From positions 256,001 to 320,000 of the forward strand of contig OZ241362.1 in NCBI GenBank assembly GCA_965200315.1: a DNA stretch of 64,000 nt, written 5' to 3'. Below, piece by piece: positions 32,040 through 45,582 of this stretch (positions are counted from its first letter, which is position 1; each line of letters starts with the position of its first letter). The stretch comes from Candidatus Latescibacterota bacterium. Its GTDB lineage: Bacteria > Latescibacterota > UBA2968 > UBA8231. Below the pieces are notes generated by a model. The model worked only from the letters and a program-made list of their open reading frames with translations. It searched no databases and had not been told where the DNA came from. Both the position numbers and the translations under genes were made by a program.

Positions 32040-32993
32040 TTGGACCCCCAAGTAATCATCAGCATTTCGCAGCTTTCCCACGTCTATGCGGGTACGCGCC
32101 AGAAAACGGACCGCCGTGCGCTCCACGAGATCGAGCTCGACATCCACTGCGGGGAGACGCTGGCCGTGTTGGGGCCTAACGGCAGTGGTAAATCCACGCT
32201 CCTGCGCGTATTGACCACCGCACTGGTGCCGACCTCGGGTGCGGTGCGAGTTGGCGGTGCGCTCTTGGGGCAAGATTCGTCTGCGGTGCGTCGCCAATTG
32301 GGGGTCGTCTTTCAAAATCCCGCGCTCGATGGGAGAATGACGGTCGGCGAAAACTTGCGGATGGCAGGTTTGCTCTACGGCATGGGCCGCCGCGCCGTGC
32401 GCCAGCGCAGCCAACAGTTGCTGGAGGTCGTCGGCTTGTGGGAACGGCGCAGCGAGCGAGTGGAGAAGCTGTCTGGGGGGATGCGGCGGCGCGTCGAATT
32501 GGTCAAGGCGCTGATGCCAACGCCGTCTATTCTCGTGCTCGACGAGCCGACGGCCGGGTTGGATCCAGTGGCGCGCCAAAATTTCTGGCACCAAGTGGAG
32601 GAACTCAAAGCGGACGAACAACTCACGGTCGTGGTCTCGACCCATCTCTTAGACGAGGCCGAGCGTGCGGACCGAGTCGCCATTTTGCACCAAGGACAGC
32701 TACTCGTCTGTGGCCCCTCAAGGGGCTTGCAGCGCCAATTGGGGCGCGAAATCCTCACGCTGCGCTGCGACGATGCCGCCGCGCTGCAAGCCGCACTGCG
32801 CTGCGACATGGGCTTAGAGGGCCTAATCGTCGATCAGGACTTGCGTGTTCCGCTCAACAGCGACATCAGCCTCGACGAGGTATTCCAGCGCTTCGGCTCC
32901 CAGATCCGCTCGCTGGCTTTGGCGCCTCCCTCGCTCGACGATGTGTTCGTGCGCTACACTGGCCAACACCTCGAGGAAGGAAACGCCGCTTGA
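32040..32993 (+). CDS. ABC transporter ATP-binding protein (DrrA-like)
   Basis: GPNGSGKST, LSGGMRRR, LDEPTAGLDP, STH. Confidence 0.9.
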   Translation: MDPQVIISISQLSHVYAGTRQKTDRRALHEIELDIHCGETLAVLGPNGSGKSTLLRVLTTALVPTSGAVRVGGALLGQDSSAVRRQLGVVFQNPALDGRMTVGENLRMAGLLYGMGRRAVRQRSQQLLEVVGLWERRSERVEKLSGGMRRRVELVKALMPTPSILVLDEPTAGLDPVARQNFWHQVEELKADEQLTVVVSTHLLDEAERADRVAILHQGQLLVCGPSRGLQRQLGREILTLRCDDAAALQAALRCDMGLEGLIVDQDLRVPLNSDISLDEVFQRFGSQIRSLALAPPSLDDVFVRYTGQHLEEGNAA

Positions 32994-33754
32994 ACGGCGC
33001 GTGGGTTCTGGCCCAGCGCGAAGTGCTGCGCTTTTTTCGCCAGCCTTCGCGGCTTTTGGGCAGCTTGATGCAACCGCTGATGCTGTGGTTTTTTATGGGC
33101 TCGGGTTTTGCCGACAGCTTCATCAGCGGGGGCAGCGAGTTGAGCTACAGCGAGTTTTTCTATCCGGGCATCGTGCTGATGCTCCTGCTCTTCGCGGCGA
33201 TTTTTTCTACCATTACCCTCATCGAAGATCGCAGCGCTGGCTTTTTGCAAGGCGTGCTAGTAGCTCCAGTGCCGCGCCTGAGTATAGCGCTGGGCAAGCT
33301 GGTCGGCGGTACGCTCATCGCCCTGTTGCAGGTGCTTGTGTTTTTGTTGCTGGCACCGGTGGCTGGCATTGGCTTGTCAGTGGAGATGCTCTTGGCGCTC
33401 TTGGCCTTCTGTGCGCTGATCGGCATGGGCTTCACGGGTTTGGGCTTCATGGTCGCGTGGCAGTTGGATTCAGTGGCTGGCTACCACGCAGTAATGAGCG
33501 TCGTGCTCATCCCCTTGTGGTTTCTTTCCGGTGCACTCTTTCCCATTGAAGGGGCTGCCCCTTGGCTCGAGTGGGTGATGCAGTGCAATCCTGTGACCTA
33601 TGCGCTAGTCGTTTTGCGCAAGGCGTTCTACGTGGTGCCGACTCAACTGATAGCCGATGGGGCGTTTGTGCGCGCCCTGCTGGTCACCGGCGGCTGGACG
33701 GTGCTTACGACCGCTGGGGCCGCTTGGATGGTGGCTCACAGCCGCGGACGCTGA
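32990..33754 (+). CDS. ABC-2 type permease
   Basis: TTG at 32990 overlaps the ATPase stop; REVLRFFRQPSR, EDR...LVAPV, FLSGALFP, NPVTY. Confidence 0.85.
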   Translation: MNGAWVLAQREVLRFFRQPSRLLGSLMQPLMLWFFMGSGFADSFISGGSELSYSEFFYPGIVLMLLLFAAIFSTITLIEDRSAGFLQGVLVAPVPRLSIALGKLVGGTLIALLQVLVFLLLAPVAGIGLSVEMLLALLAFCALIGMGFTGLGFMVAWQLDSVAGYHAVMSVVLIPLWFLSGALFPIEGAAPWLEWVMQCNPVTYALVVLRKAFYVVPTQLIADGAFVRALLVTGGWTVLTTAGAAWMVAHSRGR

Positions 33755-33756
33755 TT

Positions 33757-34170
33757 TCAGAGTTGGTAGAGCATTAGATAGACCACCACGCCGCTAACCG
33801 AGACAAACATCCACGTCGGCCAGACCCAGCGGGCCAACCTACGGTGGCTGGCAAAATTTTGGTTGTAAGCCCACCAGACGACAAGGGCCACAAAAGGGGC
33901 CATTAGCGCGGCGAGGATCACGTGGGGTATGAGCACGGCGAAGTACAAGAGGCGGGTCCAGTCGTGGTGGGGATAGGGTACTGAACCTACCTGAACGTGG
34001 TAAACCAAATACGAACAGAGGAAGAGCGCGGAGCAGACGAGCGCGGCCAGCATGGACTTTTGGTGGGCTTGGCGTGCGCCGCGACGGATCTGCAGGTAGC
34101 CTCGCACGAGCAAAAGCGCACACAAGGTGTTGAGGCAGGCGTTTAGTGTGGGGAGATCTGAGCTAGACAC
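33757..34170 (-). CDS. DUF420 membrane protein
   Basis: LPTLNACLN, HQKSM, FLCSYLVYH, HVILA, HRRLARW...VSVSGVVVYLML. Confidence 0.85.
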   Translation of the reverse strand: MSSSDLPTLNACLNTLCALLLVRGYLQIRRGARQAHQKSMLAALVCSALFLCSYLVYHVQVGSVPYPHHDWTRLLYFAVLIPHVILAALMAPFVALVVWWAYNQNFASHRRLARWVWPTWMFVSVSGVVVYLMLYQL

Positions 34171-34238
34171 GGGCTGAACGGGAAAGGAAACAATGCAAAC
34201 GCGAGCTGGCGACTAGTGCGCAAGCCCGCGTTGTGTCG

Positions 34239-34314
34239 TGGAGCCGCCACCCGGACTCGAACCGGGGACCTACTCATTACGAGTGAGTTGCTCTACCAGC
34301 TGAGCTATGGCGGC
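34239..34314 (-). tRNA. tRNA-Thr (CGT)
   Basis: Reverse complement GCCGCCATAGCTCAGCTGGTAGAGCAACTCACTCGTAATGAGTAGGTCCCCGGTTCGAGTCCGGGTGGCGGCTCCA: 76-nt cloverleaf, anticodon CGT, encoded CCA. Confidence 0.97.
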
Positions 34315-34330
34315 TATGCTGCCGCCGTAC

Positions 34331-34359
34331 AAACTAGGCAGGGCCAGCTACCGTGTCAA
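34331..34359 (-). promoter_or_regulatory. Sigma-70-like promoter for tRNA-Thr
   Basis: TTGACA (34359-34354) N17 TAGTTT (34336-34331). Confidence 0.55.
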
Positions 34360-34383
34360 GAACCGCCCGAGCTGCACGGCGCA

Positions 34384-35598
34384 TTAAAAGAAATTGAACA
34401 GTTTACTGAGCGCGTGGGTAAAGCCGTTGCTGGGCCGATCGGCGTCGTACGACTCGACGGGTGCGGTGTGTTCGTTGGCGACAAAGCGCAACAGACCGAT
34501 CGCGGTAGCATAGCTGGGGTCGCTGACCTCGGTGGGGGCGATCGCGTTTTGGGGGACGCCAATGCGGATGTGGTGGCCGAGCACCGCCTCGGCGAGTGGC
34601 GCGACTTGGTCGAGCAAGGCCCCGCCGCCAGTGAGGACGATGCCAGCGGCTAAGCGGTCGTTGTAGGAACTGTCGACGAGGGCTTGGCGCACGTATTCAA
34701 AAATCTCGCGCTGTCGGGCTTCAATGACTGCGCTGACCTGCTGCTTAGTTAAGGTACAGGTGCGGCCGGCAGTCGTGTGGTACGTGACGGTCTCGTCTCC
34801 GTCTTCCCCTAGACAGCTAACGCTGCCAAAGCGGCATTTGAGCTTCTCGGCTTCGCGGATGGGAATGCTCAAGACAACCGAGAGATCGCGCGTTATATCG
34901 TCGCCCCCCAGTGGAATTTCCTTTAGGTGCCGCATCGGACCTAGGAACGCGGCGAGATCGCAGGTGCCGGCGCCGAGATCGAGCAGGGCCACACCCATGT
35001 CGCGCTCGTCTTGGGACAAGGTGGCATGGGCCACTCCCACGCTTTCGAGGACGACGCCGACGATCTCAACGCCGGCTTTGGCAGCCGCGTGGCGAAAGGC
35101 CGTGCATAGATGCTCGGCCACGGAAACGGTCAACACCTCGATTGATAGGCGATTGCCGTGCAGCCAGAGCGGGTTTTGTACCGGCTCACCATCGACGGCA
35201 TAGCTCTGGACGAAGCGGTGCATCACCATCTGGTCCTCGGAGACTTGTTCCTGCGCCACGGCGAGTAGAGCTCGGTCCCGATCCTCTTCGGAGATGGGGT
35301 TGGAGGAGCCGGAGATGCCCACCGTGCTGTAATTCGTCTGGGTGTTGATGCCTTCGCCGGCCATGCCGAGATAGGCCCCGGCGATTTTGAGGCCGGTCGA
35401 GCGCTCGGCTTCAGTGAGGGCCGCGTGGATAGACTCTGCTACTTGAGGCATGTCGATGACGGCGCTGCGGCGCAGACCCGTGCAGGGGCTTTGCCCCAAG
35501 CCCAAAATTTTGACTTGGGAATTGTTTTGCACCTCGCCGACTAGGCATAGAACTTTTGAGGCACCAACATCGAGAACGACGACGGGGGATCCAGCCAT
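34384..35598 (-). CDS. ftsA: Cell division protein FtsA
   Basis: LDVGASKV, DLGAGTCD, GGDDITRD...AEKLK, LTGGGALL, YATAIGL; C-terminal amphipathic LSKLFNFF. Confidence 0.88.
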   Translation of the reverse strand: MAGSPVVVLDVGASKVLCLVGEVQNNSQVKILGLGQSPCTGLRRSAVIDMPQVAESIHAALTEAERSTGLKIAGAYLGMAGEGINTQTNYSTVGISGSSNPISEEDRDRALLAVAQEQVSEDQMVMHRFVQSYAVDGEPVQNPLWLHGNRLSIEVLTVSVAEHLCTAFRHAAAKAGVEIVGVVLESVGVAHATLSQDERDMGVALLDLGAGTCDLAAFLGPMRHLKEIPLGGDDITRDLSVVLSIPIREAEKLKCRFGSVSCLGEDGDETVTYHTTAGRTCTLTKQQVSAVIEARQREIFEYVRQALVDSSYNDRLAAGIVLTGGGALLDQVAPLAEAVLGHHIRIGVPQNAIAPTEVSDPSYATAIGLLRFVANEHTAPVESYDADRPSNGFTHALSKLFNFF

Positions 35599-35812
35599 GG
35601 TTGGCGTCCCTTCTTTCTAAGCGCAGCCGCAAAATGCAGCGCAACGCAATAGGATTAAAGCGAGGACGTATTGGGAGGGGAGGAAAGCCACCGCTTAGCG
35701 GCAACGATGAGACAGATTGGGGCACTCGGCCCCTAATTACCAGTGCTTACAGCGCCAGACAAAGGGGGGAGTCGGCCTGCCGTAAACACTTTAGTATAGT
35801 TAAGGATATGGA

Positions 35813-35893
35813 AGAATAGGAAAGCCGCCGGAGAAAGTCAAGCCCGACGGGGGCTAGGCCGGCCTTGACTGGACTAAGGCTTGCGCCTAAGAT
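35813..35893. promoter_or_regulatory. Divergent sigma-70-like promoters (ftsA leftward, ssb rightward)
   Basis: Minus strand TTGACT (35841-35836) N17 TATTCT; plus strand TTGACT (35865) N17 TAAGAT. Confidence 0.5.
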
Positions 35894-35960
35894 AAGCAAA
35901 ATTGCTAACATTTATGAGTGCGCTCGCACTTGCGGCGCACTCGCAGAAAGGAGCGAATAT

Positions 35961-36419
35961 ATGGCTCGTGGGGTAAACAAAGTAATTTTGATCGGCAATT
36001 TGGGCAGCGATCCCGAAGTGCGCTACACGCCGGACGGAGTGCCCGTAGCCAATTTTAACTTGGCCACCTCTGAAAGCTGGAATGACCGCAATACGGGCGA
36101 GCGCCAGGAGCGCACCGAATGGCATCGGCTCGTGCTCTGGCGCAAGCTGGCCGAGATCGCCGGGCAGTACCTCAAAAAGGGCGCTAAGATCTATGTCGAG
36201 GGCAAGCTACAGACGCGATCTTGGGACGACCAGAGCGGCCAGAAGCGCTATACGACTGAGGTCGTGGTCAACGACATGCAGATGCTCGATTCCCGCGGCG
36301 AGGCAGGCGGTAGAGATGCTGGCTACTCCGACCGGCCAGCTAGCGGGCAAAACGTCGGTCCGGCCGCCCAGCCCGCCGCGCCCCCACCGCCGGGTGGCGA
36401 CGACGATCTGCCGTTCTAA
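35961..36419 (+). CDS. ssb: Single-stranded DNA-binding protein
   Basis: [21 protein letters not shown]...TEWHR...DDDLPF; AGGAG RBS before ATG 35961. Confidence 0.96.
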   Translation: MARGVNKVILIGNLGSDPEVRYTPDGVPVANFNLATSESWNDRNTGERQERTEWHRLVLWRKLAEIAGQYLKKGAKIYVEGKLQTRSWDDQSGQKRYTTEVVVNDMQMLDSRGEAGGRDAGYSDRPASGQNVGPAAQPAAPPPPGGDDDLPF

Positions 36420-36421
36420 GT

Positions 36422-37268
36422 TTGGCAGGCAGCTTCTTCCACTTGTGGTTGGCCGAGCGGGTCTTTCCCCTAGTTTTTGGCGATTGCGCGGACCAAGGAA
36501 AGATGCAGGCGGCCTTTGCCGCCGGTTCCGTAGGCCCGGACCTTGGTTTTTTCCCCGGCGGTCCGGCGGCCCTATCGCACCGTGCGCATCTGGAGTGCTG
36601 CGGCGACTTTTTGCGCGCCCTGACCCAAGAGGCCGCCAGCACTAGCGAGCGGGCGTTTGCAGCGGGTTGGGGCCTGCACGTCTATACAGATATGGCCGTA
36701 CATCCTTGGGTCGAGGCCCGCGTGGCCGCCTTGCTCCGCGAGGGGACCCGGCCAGCCGTGCCTGATTTGTGGCATATGCGCTTGGAATGGGGGATTGATT
36801 GCCGCTTGCTGGCTAGCGAGGGAATGGACGGGTTGTGGAGTGCTCGCTTGCACTTTCCCCGCCGTGCGGATGGCCGCAGCTTGCTAGGGGCAGTGGGGCA
36901 GGCTTTCTACGGTCGAGATGCCGATGAGCACTTGCTGGAACGAGGGGAGAAGGCCACCGCCCGGTGGCTACAGCGAATTCCCAAAATTCTCTGGTGGGGA
37001 GGACACATCCGCGCGGCCGGACGCCGCCCCAATCCCCTGTATTCATTGGCGTTTGCCCACTTGGGACGCAAGATCTTAGGAGATTGGCTCCAGCACTGGG
37101 CGCGCTTTAAGGATGGCGCGGCCTTAGCCCGTCCGCTGCGGCCTTCAGACCAAGGCTACGAGCAGGTCGTCAAGTTGGGCGAGTCGGCTGTGGAACAGTT
37201 TTGTCGCGGGTCTGACGAGGGCTTCGCCCAGTTGGGCAATCCCGATTTATACACGGGCGAAGTACGCG

Positions 37269-37276
<8 letters not shown>
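36422..37276 (+). CDS. Zinc-dependent phospholipase C / S1-P1-like family protein
   Basis: N-terminal H, GSVGPD, SHRAH, GWGLHVYTD..VH, HMRLEWGID; C-terminal NPDLYTG. Confidence 0.65.
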
Positions 37277-41522
<4,246 letters not shown>

Positions 41523-41531
41523 GGCCGCCTT

Positions 41532-42644
41532 ATGGAGCTTATGGAGCTGCAAAAGGCCGGTTTGCTCTTGAGCGGCGCGATCTACGTGGGCAGCATCCTC
41601 TGGCTGTGGCGCGGCTTGAGCGGGCGGCGGTCCGGCCCGACCCTAGTCAGCAATCAGCCCTCGGTTAGTGCCATCGTCGCTGCGCGCGACGAAGAGGCGA
41701 CCTTGCCGCACTGCTTGGACGCGCTCGCTCGCCAAGACTATCAGGGTGCGTTTGAAGTGATCGTCATAGATGACCGCTCGGGCGACCGAACTTGGGACAT
41801 CATTGCCGCAAAGGCGGCGACTTGGCCGACGCTCAAGGGTGTGCAGGCCAAGTTGGATGGGCGGTTTAAGTGTCCGAAGAAAAGTGCGCTAGCCGAAGGG
41901 ATTGCAGCGAGCAGTGGGGAGATCTTGCTCTTTACCGATGCCGATTGCCGCCCGCCTACGGATTGGGTTCGCTTGATGGTGGCGCACTTTGCGCCGGAGG
42001 TTGGCTTAGTCGCCGGGTACGCGCGGCCCGATCCGGTTTCCGGCGTACTGGCCAAGGTTTTGGCCGTGGATAATATCGGAGTTGGAGCGCTGGGGGCGGG
42101 CAGCTTTGGCATGGGGTATCCGCTGTCTTGTACAGGTCGCAATTTGGGCTACCGTCGCCAAGTGTACGACGAGCTAGGCGGCTTCGAGCAAATTGGACAT
42201 CTGATCGGGGGCGACGATGTGTACTTCATGCGTTTGTTGAGTGCCCAGGGCAGGTGGGCTATAGCGTTTAACCGCCAAGCTGTCGTCCTCTCGCAGCCAC
42301 CACCAGCTAAGCTCGCGGATGCGATCCAGCAGAAGCTGCGGCATGCGGCCAAAGGCGGCCACTACAAAGGCCGCGCATTCTATTTGGCTGTCGGCGTCTA
42401 TTTGTTCCACGGCTTTCTCGCTTGGGGGCTGGTGCAGATGCTCTGGACTCAAAGCTGGGATGGCTGGGTCGCGGGTGTGTGGTTTATGCGCTGGGCCGTT
42501 GACTTTTTGCTGCTCAAGCAAATGGCCGCGCCCGAGGAGCGTGCGCTCCTGCGCTATTTGCCCCTAGTGGAAGTTTTATATATTCCCTATGTGCTAATTT
42601 TTACGGTCGTCGGCCGTTGGGGATGGTTCCGCTGGAAAACCTGA
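41532..42644 (+). CDS. Glycosyltransferase family 2, membrane-anchored
   Basis: IVAARDEE, IDDRSGD, FTDADC, GGDDVY, QKLR; N- and C-terminal TMs. Confidence 0.88.
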   Translation: MELMELQKAGLLLSGAIYVGSILWLWRGLSGRRSGPTLVSNQPSVSAIVAARDEEATLPHCLDALARQDYQGAFEVIVIDDRSGDRTWDIIAAKAATWPTLKGVQAKLDGRFKCPKKSALAEGIAASSGEILLFTDADCRPPTDWVRLMVAHFAPEVGLVAGYARPDPVSGVLAKVLAVDNIGVGALGAGSFGMGYPLSCTGRNLGYRRQVYDELGGFEQIGHLIGGDDVYFMRLLSAQGRWAIAFNRQAVVLSQPPPAKLADAIQQKLRHAAKGGHYKGRAFYLAVGVYLFHGFLAWGLVQMLWTQSWDGWVAGVWFMRWAVDFLLLKQMAAPEERALLRYLPLVEVLYIPYVLIFTVVGRWGWFRWKT

Positions 42645-42657
42645 TAAAGGAGCTGAT

Positions 42658-43725
42658 TTGGCCTATCTAATCACGCCCAAAGCACTGCCGCGCTACGCCC
42701 GGCGCTACGCCCGCGTATTTTCTTGGAAGCGGCTGGTCAATTTTTTCGCCGTCTTGGCCTCTATGGGGCTGTCGTGGATAACCCGCCGGCCCATTGTGTG
42801 GGGGCGTCCTTTCATGCTCATGGTCGAGCCGACCAACTTCTGCAACCTCAAATGCCCCTTGTGTCCGTCGGGCAACGGCGAAATGCGTCGCCCCCGGGGC
42901 ACGATGGGCTTGGGGGATTTCAAGAAGCTGGTTGATGAACTCGGGGACAAAGCCTTTATGATGATGCTGTGGAACCAAGGCGAGCCGTATATCAACAAGT
43001 GCTTCAACCAGATGGTGCGCTACGCCAGCGACCGCGGCATCTTTACCTTCACCAGCACCAACGGCCACTTCGTTCGCAACCCAGAGCAGGCACAGGCCAT
43101 CGTCGAGTCCGGGCTGGATGAGATGATCGTCTCGTTGGACGGGGTCGACCAAGAAACGTACGAACGATATCGGGTCGGCGGCCAGATCGAGCGCGTTTTC
43201 TCTGGAGTCCGCCTGCTGGTCGCAGCCAAAGAGGCGTTAGGGGCGCAGACGCCGCTGATCAACTTGCAATTCATCGTTATGAAGCACAACGAGCGCGATC
43301 TGGCCACGGCCGAAGCACTGGCCAAGGACCTAGGCGTTGACAAGTTCTTGGTCAAAACCGCCCAAGTTTACACATCGGCGGACGCCGAGGAGTTCTTGCC
43401 CGAGACCGAACAGTACAGCCGCTACGAGCACACCGAGGACGAACTGGTGGTCAAGGGGCAGCCCACGCGGGGTTGCAAGGTGCTGTGGTACAGCTCGATG
43501 GTCAATTGGGATGGAGCGGTCGCGCCCTGCTGTTTCGACAAGGACGTCGACTTTGGCATGGGGCAGGCCTTCAGCGGTCGTTCTTTTGACGATATCTGGC
43601 GCAGCCGGGCCTATATGGACTTTCGCCGTCAGGTCCTCGCCGACCGCAATACCTTCGACATGTGTCGCAACTGTTCCGAAGGCTATCGTGGCATGTTCTC
43701 GCTGATCAAGGAAATCAAGGGCTAA
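42658..43725 (+). CDS. Radical SAM protein with SPASM/twitch domain
   Basis: EPTNFCNLKCPLC, QGEP, STNG, SLDG; C...PCC...CRNC. Confidence 0.88.
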   Translation: MAYLITPKALPRYARRYARVFSWKRLVNFFAVLASMGLSWITRRPIVWGRPFMLMVEPTNFCNLKCPLCPSGNGEMRRPRGTMGLGDFKKLVDELGDKAFMMMLWNQGEPYINKCFNQMVRYASDRGIFTFTSTNGHFVRNPEQAQAIVESGLDEMIVSLDGVDQETYERYRVGGQIERVFSGVRLLVAAKEALGAQTPLINLQFIVMKHNERDLATAEALAKDLGVDKFLVKTAQVYTSADAEEFLPETEQYSRYEHTEDELVVKGQPTRGCKVLWYSSMVNWDGAVAPCCFDKDVDFGMGQAFSGRSFDDIWRSRAYMDFRRQVLADRNTFDMCRNCSEGYRGMFSLIKEIKG

Positions 43726-44921
43726 TGCCCGCACTGTACGTGCCCGAACACCTCTTGGCGTTCTGTGCGCTGGCCTACTTGCTCGGGGCTTGTTGGTTCG
43801 TCACCGGAATGCGCCGCCCGTACGGCCATGCCAATGCCGAGCGCGTCCAGTTCGTCTCGGTCGTCGTCGCCGCCCGCAACGAAGCCGCTTACATCGCATC
43901 CTGCCTGCACGCCCTGCTGGCGCAGGATTATCCCCAAGATAGCTACGAAATCATCATTGTTGACGACGGCTCTACCGATGGCACTGGCCACATTGTGCGC
44001 GAGTTCAGCGGGGAGACTGGGTCCGTTCGCTTGCTGCGCACCGAAGGGTCGGGTTCTAAGAAGGCCGCGCTCAGATTGGGAATATCCGAAGCGCGGGGAG
44101 AGGTGATCCTCACCACAGATGCCGACTGCCAGGTCGCTCCAGGATGGATCCGCGGTATGTTGTCGCACTTTGCCGATGGGGTGGGCATGGTCATCGGCTT
44201 TTCGCAAATCGGTTCGCCATCCGAGATCAAGGGTTGGCGTCAGGGATACGAAGCTGTTGACTTCACTTGCTTGATGGCTTGCATAAGGGGCAGCGCCGGT
44301 TGGGACCATCCCATGGCGGCTTCCGGGCAGAATTTGGCCTTTTTGCGAGAGGCGTTTTTCGCTGTTGGCGGCTATGAAAAGATCATGCACCGGGCTTCTG
44401 GAGACGATGTGCTGCTCATGCAGGCCATGCGCCGCTCGGGTCGGTGGTCCATTGTCTTTGCCGATCAGCCAGCGACCTTTGTGCGGCATCCAGTGGCCAC
44501 ATCTTGGGGCGGGTTATTTGGCCAGCGCAGCCGCTGGGCCTCCAATGCTCCGGTCCTCGCCCGCCTAGATCCGCTCTTTTTCGGCTATATGCTACTCACT
44601 TACGTTTTGAGTTGGGCGATGCTCATGGCTCCTTTGCTGTGCTTGGCCAATTTGCTGGATCCCCTGTGGGCCTTGGGTGCGGTGGGGGCAAAAGTGGGGG
44701 GTGAGTGGGGCGTATTTAACGGCGGAATATCGCTATCGGGTCGGCGCGAGTTGCGCCGCTATTTTCCTCTTTGGGCCTTGTTGCAACCCCTGCACGTAGT
44801 TTTGGTCGGCGCCGTTGGTTGCTTGGGGATTTTCCGCTGGAAGGGTCGCGTCCACCTGTGGGGTCGGCGCGTGCGCGGTGCCAGTACCGGCGTTGAGTTA
44901 TCCAAGTCGTCCCGACGCTGA
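43725..44921 (+). CDS. Glycosyltransferase family 2
   Basis: ATG overlaps the upstream TAA; VVAARNE, VDDGSTD, TTDADC, SGDDV, QRSRW. Confidence 0.88.
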   Translation: MPALYVPEHLLAFCALAYLLGACWFVTGMRRPYGHANAERVQFVSVVVAARNEAAYIASCLHALLAQDYPQDSYEIIIVDDGSTDGTGHIVREFSGETGSVRLLRTEGSGSKKAALRLGISEARGEVILTTDADCQVAPGWIRGMLSHFADGVGMVIGFSQIGSPSEIKGWRQGYEAVDFTCLMACIRGSAGWDHPMAASGQNLAFLREAFFAVGGYEKIMHRASGDDVLLMQAMRRSGRWSIVFADQPATFVRHPVATSWGGLFGQRSRWASNAPVLARLDPLFFGYMLLTYVLSWAMLMAPLLCLANLLDPLWALGAVGAKVGGEWGVFNGGISLSGRRELRRYFPLWALLQPLHVVLVGAVGCLGIFRWKGRVHLWGRRVRGASTGVELSKSSRR

Positions 44922-44937
44922 AGAAGGGGAAGCCGAG

Positions 44938-45582
44938 GTGGGGAAGCGCGAAGTCGAGCGGGCACAGATCGTCTGTAAAGAACTCAAAAAAACCATTCCC
45001 GAACCGAGAGTGGAACTCAACTACAGCAATGCCTTGGAACTGATGGTGGCCACTGTGCTCGCGGCGCAGAGCACGGATGTCAAGGTCAATGAGGTCACCG
45101 CAGGGCTATTCAAAAAATACCAGTGTGCTGCCGACTACGTGGCGGCTGAGGAATTAGAGGAAGATATTCGCTCGACCGGTTTCTATCGGTAAAAGGCCAA
45201 AAACATCCGCGCGGCTATGGCGATGCTCATTGACGAGTACGCTGGCCAAGTCCCTCGGCAGATGGACGCCCTGCTCCGCCTGCCTGGCATTGGGCGCAAG
45301 AGTGCCAATGTCATCCTCGGTAACATATATGGCGTACCCGGCATCGTGGTAGATACGCATGTAGGTCGGGTGAGTCGGCGCTTGGGGCTAACCGCAGAAA
45401 CAGATCCAGTCAAGGTCGAAATGGTCTTGGCGCAGCTACTGCCGGTTGAGGAATGGACGGCTTTTGGGCAGCGCGTGGTCTTGCACGGTCGCTACGTGTG
45501 CAAGGCGCGCAAGCCCCTGTGCGACGAGTGTGTACTCATGCCGCATTGCGATTATTTTGCCAGCCAGATCGCGGGGACTTAG
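44938..45582 (+). pseudogene. nth: Endonuclease III interrupted by an in-frame TAA at 45190-45192
   Basis: ELMVATVLAAQSTD...IRSTGFYR*KAKNI...LPGIGRKSANV...VDTHV.RVSRRLG...CKARKPLCDECVLMPHC; both halves are in the same frame. Confidence 0.88.

Noticed and set aside
32438-32989. N-terminal extension of the 438-aa permease ORF
   Set aside because: Overlaps the ABC ATPase in another frame; permease-like sequence begins at TTG 32990
34170-34314. tRNA-Thr as an integration site for an island
   Set aside because: No integrase and no duplicated tRNA 3' end noticed in the window
34216-34653. 145-aa plus-strand ORF
   Set aside because: Antisense to tRNA-Thr and ftsA; spurious
42658-43725. RiPP maturase interpretation of the SPASM radical SAM gene
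   Set aside because: No precursor peptide, PqqD/RRE domain or peptidase nearby; flanked by glycosyltransferases
45190-45192. Recoding (Sec/Pyl or alternative genetic code) of the nth stop
   Set aside because: The codon is TAA, not TGA or TAG, and TAA terminates ssb, pspA and other genes normally
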